Origin: Candidatus Saccharimonadota bacterium
GTDB taxonomy: Archaea; Micrarchaeota; Micrarchaeia; Micrarchaeales; Micrarchaeaceae
Assembly (NCBI RefSeq): GCF_002214165.1
Contig: NZ_CP019964.1
Span: forward strand, 150,001 to 182,000
Length of the DNA stretch: 32,000 nucleotides
Reading direction: 5' to 3'
Shown here: one piece after another, positions 1-6,515 of the stretch
How the letters are laid out: each line of letters starts with the position of its first letter
Position numbering within the stretch: the first letter of the stretch is position 1
Position numbers and translations under genes: made by a program
The notes under the pieces: model-generated
What the model was told of the DNA's origin: nothing
The model's input: only the letters and a program-made list of their open reading frames with translations
The model's database searches: none

Positions 1-1
1 T

Positions 2-136
2 TCCGACAAGGAGAAAAGCGACTTGGGAAGCAAGATGTCAAAGCTTGGTGATGCAGAGAAGGCACTATTAAGCGCAAGAGATGACAAAATAAGCGAGGGG
101 ATTAACCTTATAGATAAAATGGTAAACGGTGGATGA
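2..136 (+). CDS. 3' end of an upstream gene, product not identifiable from 44 residues
   Basis: Frame 2 is open from the window edge (SDKEKSDLGSKMSKLGDAEKALLSARDDKISEGINLIDKMVNGG) to TGA at 134-136. That stop overlaps the ATG at 133 of the next gene (ATGA coupling). A secretion ATPase often sits upstream of T2SSF genes, but no motif is visible here. Confidence 0.4.
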   Translation, partial: SDKEKSDLGSKMSKLGDAEKALLSARDDKISEGINLIDKMVNGG

Positions 137-1155
137 TATTGTATTACAAGGATAACAACAAAGGCAATGCGCAAAATAACGATCCTAATACAAATGCCAC
201 TCAAATGCCGAACCCCACGCAATCAAATTCATACCAGGTACCCGCAGGAGGTATTGGAGGCACTCCTGAAGATGAATCAAGAAGAAGGGTGCGCAGGGAT
301 ACAGCATCATTCCAGAGGCCGAGCCGCATAGATCTTTACCTGCAAGGAGTAGCTGCAAAGCATAAAGGGCTGGAACAGTCTTTGAAGGAGCAAGGAATAA
401 ATGAAAGTGTTACATCTTTCCTAAAACGTATGCTTTTTGCATCAGTTATTGTAGCAGTTTCAATAGGTGTGGTCGGGTTTATACTATTCTTGCATCTAGG
501 ACTTGTAATTGCATTTGCGGCTTTAGTTGGTATCGTTGTAGGAGTGGCAGCTTTTCAGTTCTCATTTAAGGCCTTCATAAACTATCCAAGCAAGAAGAAG
601 GTTTCAAATGGGAAGGACATAGAAAGGAACATCCTTTTTGCATCAAGAGACCTTATAATATCACTCCGTTCTGGAATGCCATTATTCAATGCAATGGTAT
701 CTATAAGTTCTGGATATGGAGCAGCAAGCAGGGAGTTTGCCCATGTAGTAGAGAAAGTTCAGTTCGGTGAATCCTTAGAACAAGCAATAGATGATACAGC
801 ATCCGAAAGCAAGAGTGCATCTTTCAGGAAGCTCATGATTCAGGCTTCTGTGAGCATAAAAGCAGGTTCAAATATAGTTGACTCTTTGCAGGAGATAGTA
901 GACGATCTTTCAAGGGAAAGGGTAATACAGCTGCATGCTTATGGGCAAAAGCTGAATGCAATAGCAATGTTCTATATGCTTTTCGGAGTCATACTCCCGA
1001 GCATGGGTATAGCAGTTGTCACTATATTGACAACATTCATAGCACTGATAGTAGTAACCCCAGAACTGCTTTACGGGGTATTGGTAGGTATTATTTTCCT
1101 GCAGGTGGTCTTCTTGCAGATGATAAGGAGTTCAAGGCCTATATTTACAATGTGA
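133..1155 (+). CDS. T2SSF-domain membrane platform protein of a type IV pilus-like system (TadB/TadC, PilC/FlaJ-like half)
   Basis: 340-aa ORF. It has a soluble T2SSF-type helical domain (IISLRSGMPLFNAMVSISSGYGAASREFAHVVEKVQFGESLEQAIDD...IKAGSNIVDSLQEIVDDL) flanked by TM helices. The first ~65 aa are N/Q/P-rich low complexity. ATGA overlap with the upstream gene. Confidence 0.8.
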   Translation: MILYYKDNNKGNAQNNDPNTNATQMPNPTQSNSYQVPAGGIGGTPEDESRRRVRRDTASFQRPSRIDLYLQGVAAKHKGLEQSLKEQGINESVTSFLKRMLFASVIVAVSIGVVGFILFLHLGLVIAFAALVGIVVGVAAFQFSFKAFINYPSKKKVSNGKDIERNILFASRDLIISLRSGMPLFNAMVSISSGYGAASREFAHVVEKVQFGESLEQAIDDTASESKSASFRKLMIQASVSIKAGSNIVDSLQEIVDDLSRERVIQLHAYGQKLNAIAMFYMLFGVILPSMGIAVVTILTTFIALIVVTPELLYGVLVGIIFLQVVFLQMIRSSRPIFTM

Positions 1156-1159
1156 TACA

Positions 1160-2146
1160 ATGGAGTTTAGATTTGAGCGTTTGGTTTCAAGGAACATCTC
1201 TTACAAGCTGTCGCACTTGCTAGACCTTGCAGGGCTCAAAATGACTGTAAACAAACTCCTGTCATACATGGTAATAGGATCTATACTGCTTATGGTTATA
1301 GTTCCATTTGTGCTGTACTTCATGAAAATAAATATAATATTGGCCATATTATCTGTTGTCATAGCTCCTGCAGTGTACTTGGTAGTAATATACTTTATAT
1401 TGAACTACCTTATAGATAAGAGGAAGTCAATCATGGAGAATTTCCTGCCTGACTATCTGCAGATAACTGCCGCAAACCTAAGAAGCGGTGTGTCTTTGGA
1501 TAGGGCAATGCTGATGGCAGCAAGGCCTGAGTTTGGGCAGTTGAGCCTGGATGTCAAGGAGATGAACAAGAAGATATATGGTGGCGAAACACTTGATGCT
1601 GCCCTTACCGAGCTTGCAAACAGTTATGATTCAACTACATTGAAGCATTCCGTTCGTATGGTATTGGAGGCATATAGGTATGGAGGTGCAATGTCTGACT
1701 TGATTTCACAGATGTCAAAGGACCTTAAAAACCAGCAGCTTACAATGAAAGAGATTTCGGGGCAGCTGCTTATGTACAGCATATTCATAGTATTCGCAGG
1801 GCTTATAGCAGCTCCCGCCATGTATGGCCTTACAAGCCAGATGATTGTTGTTACTGATACAGTATGGAAGGGTATACTGGCAGCCAATCCTGGTGGATTG
1901 CCAACTACAGGGGTATCTTTTCTAAAGCCAAGCCCTCCAAAGATATCCCCACAGACATATCACACGTTCTCATTGATATCAATAATATTTATTACGGGTT
2001 TTGCAGCCATAATCATGTCGACAATACAATCGGGTTCTGCAATAAAAGGCATTAAGTTCGTACCTGTATTCATAATAGTTGGGATAATCCTGTATTATAT
2101 AGTAGGTACTGTGATAAGCGGAATATTCACTGGATTGGGCGCTTGA
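1160..2146 (+). CDS. Second T2SSF-domain membrane platform protein (TadB/TadC, PilC/FlaJ-like half)
   Basis: 328-aa ORF starting 5 nt after the previous stop. T2SSF-type domain (FLPDYLQITAANLRSGVSLDRAMLMAA...GETLDAALTELANSY...YRYGGAMSDLISQMSKDL) bracketed by N- and C-terminal TM helices. Confidence 0.8.
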   Translation: MEFRFERLVSRNISYKLSHLLDLAGLKMTVNKLLSYMVIGSILLMVIVPFVLYFMKINIILAILSVVIAPAVYLVVIYFILNYLIDKRKSIMENFLPDYLQITAANLRSGVSLDRAMLMAARPEFGQLSLDVKEMNKKIYGGETLDAALTELANSYDSTTLKHSVRMVLEAYRYGGAMSDLISQMSKDLKNQQLTMKEISGQLLMYSIFIVFAGLIAAPAMYGLTSQMIVVTDTVWKGILAANPGGLPTTGVSFLKPSPPKISPQTYHTFSLISIIFITGFAAIIMSTIQSGSAIKGIKFVPVFIIVGIILYYIVGTVISGIFTGLGA

Positions 2147-2343
2147 TCCATACCCAAAAAGGTGAATAAACCTGCATCACGAAATAATTGACGATTATAC
2201 TTACCCGATATCTATTTATCGTATCTTTTAATGCACTTGCTAGTCGGATTTTGTATAACTTTTGATAAAATGAAAATATCCTATCTATAACCATCAATGC
2301 AATAATGCAAAATTAGCGGATATAAATGCATTCAATACATCTA

Positions 2344-4140
2344 TCAATTGGATTCTGTGTAACTTATATAATTCGTGTATGCCATATTGCTCTGTGTTAA
2401 ATTATACGAGTAATTATAGTAATTGAAGGCATTCCCATTAAGAGGATACCATGCAATCAGCCCATAATCATTCAAGGGCCTTCCATCCAGTCCCTGGTAA
2501 TATAAGTATTCTACCGATGCAGGGGAAAGAGATTTATTGTAAATCTGCACATTTGCGATTGAGCCATTGAAATTATTCATTACAAGTTGGTCGCTCCCAA
2601 CAATCATTTTTCCAGCTATATTTATTTCGTTTATTGATATTGATGGGGTCAGTGGAGGCGGAAAGGCAATCTGTGTTGTATTGACAAGTTTACCATTAAC
2701 ATACAGAGACAAGTTTCCTGTAACCTTATTCCATACACCAGTAATAAAATACCAGTTATTTGGGGCTATTACCCCACCAGATGAATTATACTTAAATATA
2801 TTAGCAATATTGCTCCATCCAACTATTGCTTTACCGTCTTTACCTTTAACCCCTATATAAAATAATCCATTAGGTTCATTTATTATCTTGCCATTTACAT
2901 CTGCTATATTTTGCGAGTAGTTTCCTTTTCCATTATTATTTATCCATGCAGATATCGTTATATTTGAAACTAATTCTGGACCGAATGAAGAGATATTTGC
3001 ATCTGAGTTTACACCATCAAATTCTGCAACCTGCCTGCTGTAAGAATTAAATGACACCAAGCCGTAATTCGAAGTAGTATCTGGGTTGTACTCGCCTTCC
3101 TGTAAATAATCTTCGCTATCATTGGACTTAAAGTAATATCCATCGGCTATATAATTTTTCAAAGCTGTATAATTGTAAAGTGCAGGATTAGGACCAAGGA
3201 TTACCTTTGTTGAACCTGAATTGCTGTACTTAGATAATAAATTTATCGTGCTATTAGGGTATACAAGGTAGGGCTTTGATATACCTGTTGTATTGGTTAC
3301 ATTTGCAACTAGGCCCGCCATCCCGCATACGCTTCCATTAATTCCACTTGCGTTATTTGCTAAAAGTATGTAATTGCCATTCTGGATACTGCTTGGAATG
3401 CTCTGGCATGTGGGCTTTGTGAAATAATATAAAGTTCCTGGCAGTGTAGGGGACATATAAGTAAATCCGGAAAGTGCATAACTTGAATTTCCAAGTGTAT
3501 AAAGTGTAAAGTTCAATGGGATAACTAGATTGTTGAAATTTGCATTCTGCACACTGTGAAGATCAGGCATCCCTTCCAAGGAGACATTTGCAACAGCAAC
3601 TATTGGATAATAGGAGAGCAGCCCGCTGTTATTTAGTATTGCAACGGCTGTATACTCCGCTTCCAAATCTGTTGAATTTGACTGATAAACATTCAGGGTC
3701 CCATTTTCAATTTCAAGGTCTACCCCATCTGCGCTTGCTTTGGACTCAAGTAGATTTAAATAGTCTGAAATGTCCATCCCTATAGCATTCCTATAATCAA
3801 TTCCATACAAGCTTTGGTTATCCATCAGATCTATAATATCAGATTTTGTATTAATTACAAAATTATTACCTCTTAATTTTGGATCCGATTCATAATTAAC
3901 AAGCACGGAAACCGAATTTTTTAGGGATAATTTAAGGAAGGAAGAAATAGCCGGACTTATTGTTTTAACCATAGCGCTTGATGAACCTGTGCTTACAGCA
4001 GAAGAGGACAAGTCGTCATAGCTTATATTAAGTGTTACATAGGTAATCAATTCTGCCATCATAAGTATTAGCACTATTATCATTAGCAAAGTTAAGAGTA
4101 TGCCTTTCTTGTTTTTGCCATTAAATCTATTCAGCCCCAT
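2344..4140 (-). CDS. Pilin-like (putative class III signal) surface protein with one C-terminal LamG/concanavalin-like module
   Basis: 598-aa ORF. N-terminus is GKNKKG followed by ILLTLLMIIVLILMM (basic stretch then hydrophobic helix). C-terminal LamG_3-like signature: NITISAWINN...LYVNGKLVN...FNGSIANVQIYNKSLSPASVEYLYYQG...LIAWYPLNGN. About 25 N-x-S/T sequons by my count. The ATG overlaps the upstream stop by 10 nt. Confidence 0.75.
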   Translation of the reverse strand: MGLNRFNGKNKKGILLTLLMIIVLILMMAELITYVTLNISYDDLSSSAVSTGSSSAMVKTISPAISSFLKLSLKNSVSVLVNYESDPKLRGNNFVINTKSDIIDLMDNQSLYGIDYRNAIGMDISDYLNLLESKASADGVDLEIENGTLNVYQSNSTDLEAEYTAVAILNNSGLLSYYPIVAVANVSLEGMPDLHSVQNANFNNLVIPLNFTLYTLGNSSYALSGFTYMSPTLPGTLYYFTKPTCQSIPSSIQNGNYILLANNASGINGSVCGMAGLVANVTNTTGISKPYLVYPNSTINLLSKYSNSGSTKVILGPNPALYNYTALKNYIADGYYFKSNDSEDYLQEGEYNPDTTSNYGLVSFNSYSRQVAEFDGVNSDANISSFGPELVSNITISAWINNNGKGNYSQNIADVNGKIINEPNGLFYIGVKGKDGKAIVGWSNIANIFKYNSSGGVIAPNNWYFITGVWNKVTGNLSLYVNGKLVNTTQIAFPPPLTPSISINEINIAGKMIVGSDQLVMNNFNGSIANVQIYNKSLSPASVEYLYYQGLDGRPLNDYGLIAWYPLNGNAFNYYNYSYNLTQSNMAYTNYISYTESN

Positions 4141-5975
4141 GATAAAACACTCACATTGTATACATTCATTGTCCCATTTACATTTAGCAATTCCGGTGAA
4201 GACGCTTGGCTTATTATGTCAGATGAAGCAAAGCCGGGAGGTGTAAAATTCGATTCTATAAACCTTACGTTGTCCGGATTTAAAGAACCACCATTTCCGC
4301 CAAAACCGCTATGCCCTATCCCAGAGTAATCATTAAAATTACCAAGCAGTGGATACCATCCAATAACACTGCTGCTCACAGGCTCTCCTGCAATTCCTTC
4401 ATCATATAAGGTAACAGCTTGGTTTGCGTTTACCGCGCTGTCATAAACTTGTACATTGGATATTGCCGCAGTGGCGAGTTCATTACCCCCTGGAGGGTTA
4501 TCCCCAATTCCTAATGTCGGATACTCCATTCCGGATATAGGTACAGTAAGAAGGCAATTTTTAGCTTCTACCCCATTTAAGTATATTGTGACATTCGTGT
4601 AATTCACTACCGACACAACAGCGTTATACCATTTGTTGGGGAATACTGTGCCTGCATTGGTAGAGCAGAATTCCCAATCGCTCGGCCAGTCCTCTCCTAT
4701 TCCAAAGTTATTACTAGACCCGCCTGCCCAAGTACCTCCAAAATCCAAATTCTGACTTCCTCCTATACCGCCATTGGCAGATCCATTATAAATGTCAACT
4801 ATAGGGCTTTGGCCTCCCCCAACACCTGAAGTAGGGTCATCTGCCTGCGAGAGATAAAACCACTGGTTTATTGTGTAATTTTTCCCAGGATATGTGAAAT
4901 TTGGTGCATAAAATCCGGCAGTTCCATCAAAATAGGCAACTTTCAAATCAGGGGCATAGGTGCTATTTATGTATATTCCCGTATCCTCATTATGGTATAG
5001 ATTATCCATGATTATGTCTGCCTCAGGTGCTTGATCATTGAGGTACAAATCAGCGATCGCCGAAAGCATGCTTTGGTTTTCAGTCAAATTTACGTTGCCT
5101 ATTGATATGTCTCCGGTATTAAAATAGGTTACGTTATAAGATTTAAATACATTGGGATTGCTCTCAGAATTTAATGGATACCACTCAAGGAGGTTTGATG
5201 ATCTTAGAGGAATTCCCATTGTACCTTCATCATAAAGAGACGAAACTTGTGTGCGTGTTAACCTAGATCCATAAATCTGCACATTTGAAATATATCCAGG
5301 GAAATAGGCACCCTGATAACTGAAAAGTCCAATGTTAAATCCTGTAGCTCCTTCCAAAGCCCCAGAAAATTTTTGTGTGAGGTTCCATTCGCCGTTTATG
5401 TACAAAGTGTAATTTCCCCCTATAACTTTGCCATCCTGGCTAATAGATTCATTCTCAGTAGCCACAACTTGGTACCATCTATGGGGCTTTAAGCAATATG
5501 GGGAATCATCGGCAAAAGTATTTCCTGTATTGTTAGTGACTAATACCTGTATATTGCAATTCCCATTTAGGAAAATTGACATGGATCCGTAATTGTATGA
5601 AGAAACAGCAGATATAATTCCCGCATTATTATCGGGTATATAATTGAGATAAATCCAAGCGACATAAGTCAAATTCTCTGCTGCAGGTACCGATAGCTGT
5701 GATGATATATAACTGTTGTATCCATCAAAAGAAGCTGCCCCGAAAGTATTGTACGACCTCGTATAACCGGAAAATGGGTTATCAAGTGCACTTAAGTAAC
5801 CGCCCAAAGGTGTAGATGTAAGCACTTGCAGGTCATCCTCAACCTGTGAAATAGAGGATTGATAAGATATAGGAGCTATAAAATGAATATAAAGCAGTAT
5901 TGAAATGGCTGCAGCAGCAACTATAAGTGCAAACACCGCGTCAAGCGTAAATATAAACCCTTTTTTATTAGTCAA
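4131..5975 (-). CDS. Pilin-like (class III signal) surface protein with two LamG modules
   Basis: 614-aa ORF. N-terminus is MTNKKG|FIFTLDAVFALIVAAAAISILL. The two LamG closing motifs are YISNVQIYGSRLTRTQVSSLYDEG...LLEWYPLNSE and AISNVQVYDSAVNANQAVTLYDEG...VIGWYPLLGN. The only start that retains the signal peptide is TTG at 5975, in a TTGA overlap with the upstream stop. Confidence 0.75.
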   Translation of the reverse strand: MTNKKGFIFTLDAVFALIVAAAAISILLYIHFIAPISYQSSISQVEDDLQVLTSTPLGGYLSALDNPFSGYTRSYNTFGAASFDGYNSYISSQLSVPAAENLTYVAWIYLNYIPDNNAGIISAVSSYNYGSMSIFLNGNCNIQVLVTNNTGNTFADDSPYCLKPHRWYQVVATENESISQDGKVIGGNYTLYINGEWNLTQKFSGALEGATGFNIGLFSYQGAYFPGYISNVQIYGSRLTRTQVSSLYDEGTMGIPLRSSNLLEWYPLNSESNPNVFKSYNVTYFNTGDISIGNVNLTENQSMLSAIADLYLNDQAPEADIIMDNLYHNEDTGIYINSTYAPDLKVAYFDGTAGFYAPNFTYPGKNYTINQWFYLSQADDPTSGVGGGQSPIVDIYNGSANGGIGGSQNLDFGGTWAGGSSNNFGIGEDWPSDWEFCSTNAGTVFPNKWYNAVVSVVNYTNVTIYLNGVEAKNCLLTVPISGMEYPTLGIGDNPPGGNELATAAISNVQVYDSAVNANQAVTLYDEGIAGEPVSSSVIGWYPLLGNFNDYSGIGHSGFGGNGGSLNPDNVRFIESNFTPPGFASSDIISQASSPELLNVNGTMNVYNVSVLSWG

Positions 5976-6511
5976 TCAACCGCCAAATTACCATTTGTCC
6001 AGGTTTCAACTATGACAGATACCTGCATGTTATTCAGCATTGCACTTGAAGTCTGCCTCACCACACTAGTAGCATTGTACAGTGCAGGGTTTCTGCCTAT
6101 CTTTATATTTATTCCACTGCCCCTTATTACTATATAGTAATTGTACGAAGCCCCTAAAGAAGTCTTTGTAGCCTGATAATTTGAATTTGCCATGGCTATG
6201 AAGGTATAAAGCTTGCTATTGCTTATCTGATCGGATCCATTCTTCAACAAACCTATTGATATTTCATTCCAATTTGCATTATCGGATAAATTTACATCAT
6301 CTTGCCAATTTATAGGGTAACCTGGTGTCATTAAGGTGCCCGACATTGTAAATGCCTGTATACTCATCACCGTGGATCCATCGCTGTAAGAAAGGGCCAG
6401 CTGATTGTTGATATTATACCAAGTATAAGCCAGCAAGGTCAATGCCACAGTAAATATGACTATCGAAAATATGACATCGATACTCCAAAACTGTGCTTTG
6501 GCATTTTTCAT
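5972..6511 (-). CDS. Small pilin-like protein (class III signal, no LamG module)
   Basis: The ORF track extends this gene to 6562. Starts at ATG 6511 (MKNAKA|QFWSIDVIFSIVIFTVALTLL) or ATG 6523 place a short basic leader directly before the hydrophobic helix and avoid a long overlap with the upstream gene, whose stop is at 6516-6518. The rest is a ~150-aa globular domain. Confidence 0.65.
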   Translation of the reverse strand: MKNAKAQFWSIDVIFSIVIFTVALTLLAYTWYNINNQLALSYSDGSTVMSIQAFTMSGTLMTPGYPINWQDDVNLSDNANWNEISIGLLKNGSDQISNSKLYTFIAMANSNYQATKTSLGASYNYYIVIRGSGINIKIGRNPALYNATSVVRQTSSAMLNNMQVSVIVETWTNGNLAVD

Positions 6512-6515
6512 ATTA

